DNA of 64,000 nucleotides, from positions 5,568,001-5,632,000 of the forward strand of contig OZ220744.1 in the NCBI GenBank assembly GCA_965116925.1. Reading direction: 5' to 3'. Shown piece by piece: positions 48,301-57,760 of the stretch. Origin of the DNA: Candidatus Poribacteria bacterium. Lineage in GTDB: Bacteria > Poribacteria > WGA-4E > PCPOR2b. Below the pieces are notes generated by a model. It was not told the origin of the DNA. It did not search any database and was given only the letters and a program-made list of their open reading frames with translations. The stretch's first letter is position 1. The number at the start of each line of letters is the position of its first letter. The position numbers and the translations under genes are program-made.

Positions 48301-49759
48301 TACCAATTTCAAACTCAAAACTGAGGCGGACATAGGGACCATAAATCTGCACATAGTGTAGTAGGGTTTCAATGGCATTCTTTTTAACTGCGAGGCGGCG
48401 GTCCTTCCGTTTCGCCCATCTCAATGGAATGCGATTGAGCCAACGGCTGGCTGTGTCGAGCAGACGCATTTTATAACGCAAATCGCTCTGAAATTTCGCC
48501 TCATCTGGAAACTTCCACACAGGAACAGAAATCGGCTTGCCGTTATCTAACAACGGTTGTCGCGTAAAGTAGTCGTGAGTGATATTGACGATATCACCAA
48601 AAGTTAGAGGATTGCGCGCTCCACTCGCTACGTGATAGACCTCTATGCCTCGACGGTAATAGGTCTGCACAGTCGCTGCTAAAATAGCGTTGATAACGAA
48701 ATCAGCAGGGATAATATCAAGGATGCTATCCGGGTCGCCGGGAAAATCCGGCAAACGTCCTTTTCCAAAACCGACAATAAGCGGATCCGCCATGCGTAGC
48801 GCACCACCGAGCCACCCCGGCTCCGGATCCTCGAGGCTGCTCTCCATAATCGATTGGCGAATAATTGCCGTCGGCAGATCACCTCGCGTTTTCGCAATCA
48901 TCTGCTCGCCGAGGGCTTTCATATAGGTATAGGTATCGTTCCAACCGCGTGCATGGGCTCGTTTCAAGCCCTCATCAATTAAACGCTGTTCAACCCACTT
49001 CTCCCGTGCGATATCAATCTGGCTGTTCAGTTTCTCCTCTGTATCAGCACCTGAGTTGCGTAGGGCTTCACGCCGGAACCGATCGAGTCTCTCAGGCTGG
49101 TTCGCGTCGATCCTAACCTGTTCGCTCAGTCGTTGGATATCTTCAATCTCGGCATCAAGGGTGCTAGGGATTAATTCCCCCTTTTCTGCTTGATATTGTT
49201 CGGCATAAGTTTCGTACGGTGGATGTAATTCTTCGGGCACCTTTCCCGGTTGAACTCCACGAACATAAGCGGTCGATACATGCAGAAAAATCGCATTGTT
49301 ACAGCTTTTTGCCAGTTCAACCGCGTACTTTGAACCGAACACATTGCTCTGCAAGGACGCATCGATCGGTGGGTCGAATTTGACGAGACCGCCGCTGTTA
49401 ATGAAGATTTGCACTTCGCGCTGTAATGTTTCGTAGTCGGTATCAGAGAGACCGAGCCGCTCGTAAGCCATATCGCCTTCTACTGCGTAGACCTTTTCAC
49501 GAAGCCACTCCCTCAGCTGTTCCCCATGAATCTGTTTTAGCTTCGCAAAAGCACTTGAAGTAAATACCTCATTTTCTAGCCGATCTGTTGCGGTACGCTT
49601 TTCTCCATTCGCTACAGTCTGACTGCGGATGAGGAGGTAGATTCGCTTCACATCAGGAAGTGCAGTGAGAATTTTCGCCACAAGTGCTTGACCTAGAAAT
49701 CCGGTCGCCCCGGCGATCAATATCACTTTACCATGAAAAAATTCAGGAATTGTCTGCAT
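45314..49759 (-). CDS. Multidomain fatty acyl reductase - acyl-CoA synthetase-like - ACP - PlsC acyltransferase (ElbD-like)
   Basis: GATGFLG and YTYMK; QGYGMTE and YTGDLG; LGLDSM; NHSSHLD and YPEGTRS; start MQTIPE after GAAGGA. Confidence 0.88.
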   Translation of the reverse strand: MQTIPEFFHGKVILIAGATGFLGQALVAKILTALPDVKRIYLLIRSQTVANGEKRTATDRLENEVFTSSAFAKLKQIHGEQLREWLREKVYAVEGDMAYERLGLSDTDYETLQREVQIFINSGGLVKFDPPIDASLQSNVFGSKYAVELAKSCNNAIFLHVSTAYVRGVQPGKVPEELHPPYETYAEQYQAEKGELIPSTLDAEIEDIQRLSEQVRIDANQPERLDRFRREALRNSGADTEEKLNSQIDIAREKWVEQRLIDEGLKRAHARGWNDTYTYMKALGEQMIAKTRGDLPTAIIRQSIMESSLEDPEPGWLGGALRMADPLIVGFGKGRLPDFPGDPDSILDIIPADFVINAILAATVQTYYRRGIEVYHVASGARNPLTFGDIVNITHDYFTRQPLLDNGKPISVPVWKFPDEAKFQSDLRYKMRLLDTASRWLNRIPLRWAKRKDRRLAVKKNAIETLLHYVQIYGPYVRLSFEFEIGKTEALYDSLSPADQQQFNFDMSRIDWRRYFQEIHIPGIKRHFLKLGDDSGSQRISEPTPNRIDELPVDTPSEEEFRARQESEEQSINGSSKPIEDQTMIDLVAQQAASIPDKIALEMKRGGEWVRYSYSQLYEVSRQVAFTLWERGYRKGDRAILFAENQPEWGIAYLAAVQIGVIVVPIDPQTAEEEIFALAEYTEAKAILTSEACFTRLHSTPIKSSAGSASLDFLNINRFCQPCECEQTETSVPTDSSLPAVPDNFPDVDIHPDTVASIIFTMGTTVDARGAMISHRGFVANVVAVSKALPPEDTDRFLSVLPLYHALGFSCNFLMSIYAGTTITYTNSLRPTSILAIMRETKTTVLIGVPRLFQLLYDTIKRYVVQSPEAMEAPLDPETVKEIQAALGGHIRVLVSGGAALPDEVYDRFMEFGLTIYQGYGMTEASPVLSVNPHHKSKRGTVGPEVQGVELQIINPDENGVGEIVASSPSLMQGYYRNQAVTEQVIRDGLLYTGDLGYFDEEGYLYLAGRSKNVIVSGAGKNIYPVELEALYQHSPLISEICVVGMSTDNLFEAAHAIIVPVHDDNRDRTEVEKAIHQHIQERAQDLPTYQHLQTVHFWDTELPKTSDAAVNRRRVKEVLQEQLSRQAQVTPQPDPVKDTLATDGNEDTLKSTVATDTPAGVEGVIISELSRLARLPADQIQLNSNLGTELGLDSMARVELLLLLESRLQRSIPDELIAKIQTVGDVTETVKTLQSDSAPPPIDEETSAYIVRPESSLISATLAGLFRFGVWAIYKCYFSIKCNGLENLPREQPYIIAANHSSHLDTLAVMTVLGDESKRLRVLAAKDYWFSTRFKSWFSGELLKFVPFDRHANFLQGLRISQEVLKQNECLLIYPEGTRSVTGELQPFKPGLGLLAYESGSPIIPTYINGTYHALPKGRNLPRKSRIRVTFGKPIMPSSGHEIGKTDAASGLEQETYRKLADAVRAEIESLRADHVNREA

Positions 49760-49975
49760 GTTATCCTTCATATTCAGCCAAATTAACGATGAGATTCGGC
49801 ACCATAGGCGTACCAGCATACTTATACAGTTTGGGATAAGCCGCTGTGTAATCTCATCGCTGAAGATGTTTTAGTATAAGGGATTCAACGGCTTTCTGTC
49901 AATAACAAAACGTGAAACGCGATACAAACGATTGCCCCTGTTCAGACTAATCCTATTGCTTAACCATATAGTCAA

Positions 49976-50776
49976 TCAGAAACTAACATATCCACCACAC
50001 ACAGGAATGCACTGCCCCGTCACATAATCCGAGAGATCTGTGACAAGAAACTCAACAACCTTGGCACAATCTTCTGGCATCCCCATGCGGCGCAGCGGGA
50101 TTTGTGGCAACAGTCTTTCGCGTGTTTCAGGGCTATTCCTGCCGCCGGCGATGCCACGGGACGAAAGAATGTAGCCCGGCGCAATGCAGTTCACGTTAAT
50201 TCCGTATGGTCCCAACTCAGCGGCAAGGAGGCGGGTATACTGTACAACCCCTGCCTTAGCAACGCTATACGCCATACCTCCCCCGTTCCAAGCACTCCAT
50301 AAACCCGCCTGTGAACTGACGTTGACAATCCGTCCGTAACTCGCTTTTATCATTGGGGAACTTACTGCCTGACAGCAGAGAATCGCGCTGCTGAGGTTAA
50401 TTTCCATAATATAGTTGTAATATTCCTCTTCAGTGTCCGATGCCATTGAAGATTTTGGTTGACCCAATGCGCCACCGGTGTTATTGACGAGAATATCAAT
50501 TCGCCCTAGTTTATCTACAATCTCGTCAACCATTGCAAAGACAGCATCGCGTTCCGTAACGTCAACTTCAAAGCCGAGTGACCGACGACCGAAATTTTCA
50601 ATCTCCGCCATGACGGTTTCCGCCGTCAATTCTTCGTTATATTCCTTCGCTGCGTCCAGATCAATGTCATTAATGACAACATCTGCTCCCAACTGAGCGA
50701 GGTGGAGCGCGTAAGCCCTACCTAACCCGCGTCCTGAACCGGTAACAAGTGCAACCTGTCCATCTAATTTACCCAT
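49976..50776 (-). CDS. SDR-family oxidoreductase
   Basis: TGSGRGLG, VNNTG, YSVAK, NCIAPG; track start lies inside a REP. Confidence 0.92.
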   Translation of the reverse strand: MGKLDGQVALVTGSGRGLGRAYALHLAQLGADVVINDIDLDAAKEYNEELTAETVMAEIENFGRRSLGFEVDVTERDAVFAMVDEIVDKLGRIDILVNNTGGALGQPKSSMASDTEEEYYNYIMEINLSSAILCCQAVSSPMIKASYGRIVNVSSQAGLWSAWNGGGMAYSVAKAGVVQYTRLLAAELGPYGINVNCIAPGYILSSRGIAGGRNSPETRERLLPQIPLRRMGMPEDCAKVVEFLVTDLSDYVTGQCIPVCGGYVSF

Positions 50777-50794
50777 CGAAATCTCCTTTTGATA

Positions 50795-50824
50795 GTAGTA
50801 GGCATACTCCGTATGCCGTAACCC
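50795..50824. repeat. GTAG REP GTAGTAGGCATACTCCGTATGCCGTAACC (identical copies at 62989-63017 and, reversed, 33677-33705)
   Basis: Exact dispersed hairpin repeat. Confidence 0.85.
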
Positions 50825-50904
50825 TTGTGCACATCTAGGTGGATAATAGTGCCAAATTCCCAAACACCCAAGCACCAACGGGGCGATATGTGTATAGTAA
50901 TCAA

Positions 50905-53646
50905 CTACCGAACAACCGCAATTTTCCCCGACCTATGAACTGTCTCTCCCTCTCGTTTCGCTTCCAGGACGTAGATATATACCCCGCCAGCGACCGATTC
51001 GCCTGTTTGATTTGTGCAATCCCAAACGAAGGCTTCATCGAGTGAGGCTGACTGTTGACCAATCACATCCCGCAATACATCCGTATAGAGCAACCCCCCG
51101 GTGACATCGTAAATCTCCAGCGTAACGTCGGCAGATTTGGTGAGTTGGAATGTAATGATGGCATCGTGCGAAGTAGGATTCGGATATGCAATAACCTTAT
51201 TGGCAAAGTCGAAAATGTCCTGAGTAAAGAATTCCATCGTCTGGCGTGCTTCATTGCCAGCTCGATCCGTCGCGCTAACCTCAAGAGTATGCCTGCCCGG
51301 CCCCAGATCAGTTGGGAGGTAGGTCAAGTGTCCCGTTGTATCCTCGTATAGGAATTGCACCGCCCGATTGTCCACCCACAACTGAACAACATCAACACCG
51401 GAGCCTTCGTCGGTAATTTCATGTACTATAAGGAAGCGATCGGGCTGAACCTCTGCGGAATCTTCGGGAAAAATGGTATTTATGATAGGTGGCGTCCGAT
51501 CTATAAGAAGGGCATAGCTCCCGAACCGATCGGCGGTGGCTTCAAGCATACCGAATTGGTTTCTGAATCCATTCAGCGGCAGCCATTGTTGGAACTGGCT
51601 ATCCCACTGAAACATCGTAACCCCGTTTTCGCTCTTATTGTGTTCTAGAGGAAGTGGAAGTACAACCTGAAATGAAACACCTGCTGTCTCCACAAGGGAT
51701 TCGATAACGTAGATGGGCTCCAGTATTGTCAACTGACGTGTATCGGCGTTTTGTTGTTGTGCGCGAATCGTATTTCGATTCGATCCGCCTTGACTTCGTA
51801 AGATAACTTGAGATGCTGCGTCACCTTCGGGTAGTCGGACGCTGGGTCCACCATCAATAGAAAGGAGGATCGTCTCCGATGAAGAATCCTCTCCCCGAAT
51901 CAATCGTGGGAACTGAATATCTTCAAAAAGCCGATTCTGATCTGCGAAATAGCCGCGCACAGGAAGCACTTGCCCGCTGAGAGAGCGAACTTCGGTAGAA
52001 AACGTAAACCCTGTTTGCGAAGAAGAGATCGGAAAGTCAAGGGCATAGCGAAAGATCGATGGTTGGTTTCCCATTTTCAAATTCGCGTTCAGCTCTTCAC
52101 CCGAAACGCTGAAATGATCGAGATTAGGTGTATACCCTAAACGCGCACCCGATGGAAGAATTTTAAGGACGGGCACTGTCGCCAATCGCCTCGTTGTCGT
52201 TAATGTGATTCTAAGTGTATGATTTGCCCCTTCAATCCGTTCCGCCGAAATTGACGCTTGAAATGGTCGCGTGTCAATGGTAAACGTAAAATCGATTGGT
52301 ATTGCCGAATTGCCTGCGGTATCCTGAACCTCCAGCTTGAAGCGATAGATGCCGTCGATCAGTTTGGTCGGTGGGGTGTAGGTGAATTTGCCCGTCCCTG
52401 GTTGAAAATCGAAAAGACCTCCATCAAACTTGGCAGCCCCCGGGCTCCCATCGAAAACAGATGTCTCCTCACCAAAACTGAAACGAATCGTCAACGGATC
52501 TATCTCCATATCATCAATCAAGAACCCTGTGATTTTTACGTCTGAACGATCAAGGAACGCACCATCAGGCGGCAAAACCTCCGTTATTGCCGGTGGGCTA
52601 AGATCTATTTCAAGAAGCGGATCTTTCCTCTTATAACTAATATGACGTTGTACCTCCGTTCTGCGTCCCAGCCGGTCAATAGCAGTCACAGTGATGAGAT
52701 TAGCTGTTTCCCCTCCTACACCCTTAGCGGAATCATTTTCCTTTAGTCGTAATGTGCGCTCAAAACGCCCCTCTACCTTGAGGGGTACAACCGTCCCATT
52801 AATCAAAAGCTGTGCACCAGGGTCACTGATCTGGCCAGACACAGTGACATAAGGCACCTCTAGCAGAGCGAAATTAGTTGGAGATGTCAATGTAATCTCC
52901 GGCGGTTGGCTATCACGCACAACGGTCCGGGTTACGCTTGTCTCCAGACCAATCGGGTTTGTCACTTGGATCTCGATTCGGTTTGGACCTTCACTCAAGG
53001 GTAACTGTGCGCTAAAGCCCCCTCCTGAATCAACAGGTAAGGACATCTCCACCTGCTCAGATTTAAGAATAACAATGTTCGATTTCTCTGTTGTCCCTCG
53101 CACTGTTATCTGCTTCTCTAATGTCAACAGATCCTGAGATGGATCAGAGACCTCTAGGCGTGGGCGTTCATTCTCAATGAAAATTTGGATTTGGTCTTCC
53201 GCTTCACCGCCTTGCGTCGAAACAACGACAAGCCGCACAAGGAATTCTCCACGCAACCGTTGTGCATCCCACTGTCCGAGAAAACCGGTCTCCGTCACTG
53301 GCGCTGTCGCTCTGCCACCAATCTGACGCCAGCCGGTCGAGACGGTTTTTCCCTGATCTGTGGAAATAGGGATATACTCCAAACGATATTCCTTGAACAT
53401 CGTGCCTCGAGCCAGTCCAAAGATTTCAACTTTGCCGCTCAACAGTTCCCCTGTATCAGGACGATCTATTTTCGCTTCCACTGTTGAGAGTGTCGGGAAG
53501 GCATAGAGTAACGTGGTAAAGCTGAATAACCAGAGCACAATTGCCAAGAACGTAGAGGTGAGCAGAATTGAAGAGTGGAAGGATAGGAGGGTGGAGAGAA
53601 AGGAAGGATTCGTTTTACGTTTCACAACTCCGTTCCAAGAGGACAA
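50905..53646 (-). CDS. Large exported Ig-like-repeat protein with a FlgD-Ig/T9SS-CTD-like C-terminus
   Basis: Repeated D..PP.I / D.AGN units; AYPNP...IYDVTG...WD...GGVYIY...GKIAVVR; start uncertain. Confidence 0.75.
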   Translation of the reverse strand: MSSWNGVVKRKTNPSFLSTLLSFHSSILLTSTFLAIVLWLFSFTTLLYAFPTLSTVEAKIDRPDTGELLSGKVEIFGLARGTMFKEYRLEYIPISTDQGKTVSTGWRQIGGRATAPVTETGFLGQWDAQRLRGEFLVRLVVVSTQGGEAEDQIQIFIENERPRLEVSDPSQDLLTLEKQITVRGTTEKSNIVILKSEQVEMSLPVDSGGGFSAQLPLSEGPNRIEIQVTNPIGLETSVTRTVVRDSQPPEITLTSPTNFALLEVPYVTVSGQISDPGAQLLINGTVVPLKVEGRFERTLRLKENDSAKGVGGETANLITVTAIDRLGRRTEVQRHISYKRKDPLLEIDLSPPAITEVLPPDGAFLDRSDVKITGFLIDDMEIDPLTIRFSFGEETSVFDGSPGAAKFDGGLFDFQPGTGKFTYTPPTKLIDGIYRFKLEVQDTAGNSAIPIDFTFTIDTRPFQASISAERIEGANHTLRITLTTTRRLATVPVLKILPSGARLGYTPNLDHFSVSGEELNANLKMGNQPSIFRYALDFPISSSQTGFTFSTEVRSLSGQVLPVRGYFADQNRLFEDIQFPRLIRGEDSSSETILLSIDGGPSVRLPEGDAASQVILRSQGGSNRNTIRAQQQNADTRQLTILEPIYVIESLVETAGVSFQVVLPLPLEHNKSENGVTMFQWDSQFQQWLPLNGFRNQFGMLEATADRFGSYALLIDRTPPIINTIFPEDSAEVQPDRFLIVHEITDEGSGVDVVQLWVDNRAVQFLYEDTTGHLTYLPTDLGPGRHTLEVSATDRAGNEARQTMEFFTQDIFDFANKVIAYPNPTSHDAIITFQLTKSADVTLEIYDVTGGLLYTDVLRDVIGQQSASLDEAFVWDCTNQTGESVAGGVYIYVLEAKREGETVHRSGKIAVVR

Positions 53647-53712
53647 GGATCGGACCTACGCTCCGATGTAAGATTGGGGCGGACAGATCTATCAGGGGTC
53701 ACATTTTACGTT

Positions 53713-54321
53713 CTACATCCTGCGGAAAAGCCCGACAACCTTTCCTAAAATCTGGACGTCATCAACGATAATCGGAGACATCACCGAATTTTCAGGTTGC
53801 AGACGAATTCTGTTTCCATTACGGAAGAACCGTTTCACTGTTGCTTCATCATCAAGCAATGCGACAACAATATCTCCGGTATCTGCGTAATGTTGTGACC
53901 GTACAATCACGAGATCGCCCTCAAAGATACCAGCTTCAATCATACTTTTCCCGTTGACACGTAAGGCGAAACAGGTATCTTCCTTGACGACCTCCCGCGG
54001 TACAGGTAAAGTACCTTCAACATTCTCAGAAGCAAGTATAGGTTCACCAGCGGCAACTCGTCCAACGATAGGAACTTCGACCGCTGCTTGTGGCAGCTTT
54101 TGCGGCACAAACTCCAAAATTTCTATCGCACGAGGTTTCTTGGGGATGCGCCGTATGTAACCTTTCTTTTCGATTGCATTTAGGTGATCGTAGGCACCCT
54201 TTTCAGAAATGCCAAAGTCCATCCCAATTTCGCGGACGGTCGGTGGATAGCCTGTATCTTGCACATGCTTCCGAATAAATTCAAAAATCCGGTCCTGTTT
54301 TTTGGTCAATGGTTTTCGCAT
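53713..54321 (-). CDS. lexA: SOS repressor LexA
   Basis: GYPPTVREI, GRVAAG, GKSM, ATVKRF. Confidence 0.96.
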   Translation of the reverse strand: MRKPLTKKQDRIFEFIRKHVQDTGYPPTVREIGMDFGISEKGAYDHLNAIEKKGYIRRIPKKPRAIEILEFVPQKLPQAAVEVPIVGRVAAGEPILASENVEGTLPVPREVVKEDTCFALRVNGKSMIEAGIFEGDLVIVRSQHYADTGDIVVALLDDEATVKRFFRNGNRIRLQPENSVMSPIIVDDVQILGKVVGLFRRM

Positions 54322-54337
54322 GATCGTCTCCTACATC

Positions 54338-54383
54338 CTATATAGATACCTTTTAATATACTATACATAGATTAAGTCGTCAA
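54338..54383 (-). promoter_or_regulatory. lexA promoter with candidate operator palindromes
   Basis: TTGACG-17-TATATT; CTATACATAG in the spacer and CTATATAG downstream. Confidence 0.55.
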
Positions 54384-54460
54384 GGAAAAAGTGCTGCGCT
54401 CGTACCGGTCTTTTCTATTTTTCCGCTTAATCCCGATTACCACTGGGTTTAACAACCCAA

Positions 54461-55336
54461 TCATCCGCTCATTTTTTTATTTTCATCCTCATGGTAATCG
54501 TAGGGATGATTCCGAAAAATATAGTCAATTGGCTCGTCAGTGAATTCGACGTTTGGATCTATCTGGCAATTTTCAAAAACATCCTCACATCCCTTGTTGA
54601 ACTGTACCTCTTTCTTATGTCGGAACCAGCGGACATTGTGGACCATCGCAATCATCTGTCTGGGTCGGTCAGAATAGTTGGGCATACCCCGATGCCAAAG
54701 GCGCATATCCCTGATAAGAACACTCCCCTTTTTCGTATTGCCACGCACCGGCGGCGCAATCTCCCGACGCGCTTCGACCAGTCGCTCATCGACCTTAATT
54801 GTCGCGTCATCCAGCGCAACATTTGTGTCTAGGTGGGATCCGGGCCAAAGTTCAATGCTACCATTGTGCTCGGTGACATCCATCGGTGCGATGTTGATGA
54901 CCAACGATACCGCTGGATGTGCCATTTTCAACCCTGACCATAATTGTCCGTTATCTACATGAACCGGCTGCGTGCCACTGCCGGGGCAGTTGGTGTTACC
55001 GGTGTAGCAGCTGTTAAATAAACCCTCACCGAGAATCTTTCGAGTTACCTGTATCACCCACGGATTAGCGACAATATCACGAAAAACATAAGGAGCAAAG
55101 GGCGGTGGGTCTTGCTGGAGATGTTGCTTGACGAAATTAATTGGGAGGACAGACGCTGTCATCAATGTGTGTAAATCCTCATCCATCTTTTCGCGAAGCA
55201 GATCCAAATGGGCGTGCGATATGATGTCTGATAGGATGATATATCCATCCTCGCGGATTGCACGGACAGCCTGATTGAGATGTGTTTCGGACATCTCGTC
55301 GTTGGCTAGCTCTTCGGGACCAATCGTGATTTCCAT
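54461..55336 (-). CDS. PhyH-family dioxygenase
   Basis: QPVHVD, WPGSH, LWHRG..N...R. Confidence 0.88.
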   Translation of the reverse strand: MEITIGPEELANDEMSETHLNQAVRAIREDGYIILSDIISHAHLDLLREKMDEDLHTLMTASVLPINFVKQHLQQDPPPFAPYVFRDIVANPWVIQVTRKILGEGLFNSCYTGNTNCPGSGTQPVHVDNGQLWSGLKMAHPAVSLVINIAPMDVTEHNGSIELWPGSHLDTNVALDDATIKVDERLVEARREIAPPVRGNTKKGSVLIRDMRLWHRGMPNYSDRPRQMIAMVHNVRWFRHKKEVQFNKGCEDVFENCQIDPNVEFTDEPIDYIFRNHPYDYHEDENKKMSG

Positions 55337-55470
55337 CGTTTATTCCTCGTGAGTTTATTGCTTTGATGAGATAGTATCAGACACATATCAAGCGGTCAAG
55401 CGAAATATTTAGTTCAGCATTTGGGACTTTCAATCGGCGAGCAGATGTGCTAAAATATGTTTTTCAGAGT

Positions 55471-55602
55471 GGCTCATGTAAAAAGAAAGTGCAAAACACG
55501 AATCGAAATCGTAGGGGCGGGGTCTCCCCGCCCGCCGTAAGGGTTGGGGGACCCAACCCCTACGAATATTGGGTTTCTTTGCACTAAATCTTAACATGAG
55601 CG
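55471..55602 (-). mobile_element. Family-A MITE with a REP doublet and 8 bp target duplication
   Basis: GGCTCATGTAAAAAGAAA ... CTTAACATGAGCG; TTCAGAGT at 55463-55470 and 55603-55610. Confidence 0.88.
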
Positions 55603-55676
55603 TTCAGAGTTTAGAAGTGTCTATAACAGTCAGGAATATGCTTGATAATATTTACGAGATTCGGAGAGGTACATAA

Positions 55677-56546
55677 ATGGCAAGAGTAAATCGAGCAATT
55701 GAACTGCTCGAACAGGGGCAACCGGTCTACTATTCCAGTCCAAGAGAACTCAGCTACGAAGGCGGGGTGGAAGCCTCCCAGACGTGGTCGGATTATCTCG
55801 TGGTGGAGATGGAGCATGGAACGTTTAACCTCGCGGGATTGGACGCATTTATGAAAGGGCTCGCTGCAAGCGGTCCCACGAAAAGCGGACATCACACACC
55901 GACGGTCATCACCACGCTGCCGACGGATGGCACGGACGAACATGTCATGCGTGCAAATGCGTGGATGATTAAACAGGTCCTTGCGAGAGGCGTCCACGGC
56001 ATCCTACTATGCCATGCAGAAACGCCCGGTGCGGTGAAAGTGTTTGTTGAATCTGCTCGTTATCCGATCCATACAATCGGTGTCGGAGCAGGGCTTGATG
56101 TCGGCCGTCGCGGGGCTGGCGGACAGGGTGGTGCGGCAGCGATTTGGGGTATATCCACAGAGGAATACATGGAGCGTGCCGATGTTTGGCCCCTGAATCC
56201 AGACGGTGAAATCTTTCTCGGCTTGAAGATCGAGAACAAACGGGCATTGAGCAATGTTGAGGCGACGGTGCGGGTGCCGGGCATCGCCTTTGCAGAATGG
56301 GGACCGGGGGATATGGCACTGTCACACGGTCATTTCGATAGGGATGAGTCGTCCTATGCAGAAGTGAGTGCAAACGCACGCACGCGCGTAAAGGCTGCCT
56401 GTGACGCTGAAAATATCGCGTTCCTAGATGGTGCGACTTCAGACAACATAGCTGAGAAAATCGACAGCGGTGTTCGCATCCCTTCATGCGATGAGGAAGT
56501 TGCGAATATCGGTCGTAAACACACCAATCGCACAATGCCGTGGTAG
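55677..56546 (+). CDS. HpcH/HpaI aldolase-family protein
   Basis: EMEHG, LARGVHGI, LKIEN, EWGPGDM. Confidence 0.8.
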   Translation: MARVNRAIELLEQGQPVYYSSPRELSYEGGVEASQTWSDYLVVEMEHGTFNLAGLDAFMKGLAASGPTKSGHHTPTVITTLPTDGTDEHVMRANAWMIKQVLARGVHGILLCHAETPGAVKVFVESARYPIHTIGVGAGLDVGRRGAGGQGGAAAIWGISTEEYMERADVWPLNPDGEIFLGLKIENKRALSNVEATVRVPGIAFAEWGPGDMALSHGHFDRDESSYAEVSANARTRVKAACDAENIAFLDGATSDNIAEKIDSGVRIPSCDEEVANIGRKHTNRTMPW

Positions 56547-56565
56547 GAATGCGGTGTAAAATTGA

Positions 56566-57621
56566 TTAATCCTTGAGGAGCTGCCTGACCGCTGTCGCAG
56601 CAACCTGCGTGTCCTGTAACGGCTTGATGGGACTTGTGTCTGTCAAGGCAGCCTCAAGGTTCGTCTCCAAATCTTCAACACCAGACCACATCACTGAAGC
56701 ATGGCGCATAATGTCTGAATAGACTTTGCCCCGTTTGGGACGACGATGGGTTTTGTGATCTACCTCCAAAATAATCACCCGCTTACCGCTACTTGCAGCC
56801 TCGCATACCATTGAGAAACTATCTTCGGTAACGAGAATCACGTCCGACAGGGCGAAAATTGTCCCAACTGGATCCGTGAACGAATTTTCACCATGTGCCA
56901 GCACAAGGATTGGACAATATTGGGGGTTTGAAAGGCGTTTGGCAATCAGATTTTCAACGGAGAGCGGGGTTCGACGCGAAGTAGTCAACAGGAGTTGGCT
57001 ATCCCATTTCGTTGCAAACCCCTGTAAGACTTCGATGAGGCGCGCTGCGGCTGTTTCAGTAATTGTATCGTACCGGTCTTCGCCACCAATTAGAACCCCA
57101 ATGCGTTTCTGATCTGGAAGATCTAAATCCATTTGGAGTTCGTTGCGCTGCATCTCCAGCTTCTCTGGGCGCACTCGATTTGGAACGCCAAGGGTCTTGC
57201 AAACGTTAGCTTTGTTGCGGGGGGACCAATACATACGGGGAAGGATAGCGAGATCAAAGTGGTGAACCCCGACCGGTGAGGGACGACGGCACGTAACTGT
57301 CTTTGCGTCGAAGAGTTGTCCGATGAGCAAGTTAGGCGCAGCGACAGATGAACCAGTTGAAAGGATGAAATCAGGCGCGACGGCATAGATTTCATCCAAT
57401 GTGTCTCGCTGGAGTGCCATGTGTAAGCAGGCTTTGATAAGCCGGCGCGGTAATCTAAATCCACCGAATAGACGCGTTAACAACCTTAGCAGATTATCTC
57501 GCGGTTTACTGCGAAGCTTTACATCAATCCAGTGATAGTCACACTCCGGCATCCGCTCAATCACGCCTAAAGATTGGTTATAATGACCGGGCTTCCCGTC
57601 ACTCAAGAGAATAGCTCGCAT
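56566..57621 (-). CDS. ELM1/DUF1022-family protein
   Basis: LSDGKPGHYNQSLG, VLIGG, TTSRRTP, VTEDSFSMVCEA. Confidence 0.85.
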   Translation of the reverse strand: MRAILLSDGKPGHYNQSLGVIERMPECDYHWIDVKLRSKPRDNLLRLLTRLFGGFRLPRRLIKACLHMALQRDTLDEIYAVAPDFILSTGSSVAAPNLLIGQLFDAKTVTCRRPSPVGVHHFDLAILPRMYWSPRNKANVCKTLGVPNRVRPEKLEMQRNELQMDLDLPDQKRIGVLIGGEDRYDTITETAAARLIEVLQGFATKWDSQLLLTTSRRTPLSVENLIAKRLSNPQYCPILVLAHGENSFTDPVGTIFALSDVILVTEDSFSMVCEAASSGKRVIILEVDHKTHRRPKRGKVYSDIMRHASVMWSGVEDLETNLEAALTDTSPIKPLQDTQVAATAVRQLLKD

Positions 57622-57760
57622 AGAAGTGATTAGATGGTGTCTTACGCAACGTGCAAAAGTCAACAGTTCATCAGCAGACCTTTCGAGATCTGAATTGATC
57701 CGCTCAATAAACAAAGATATTAATCACGACAGAGCTGAAAAGCCTAAGAGTCAGCCTCCG

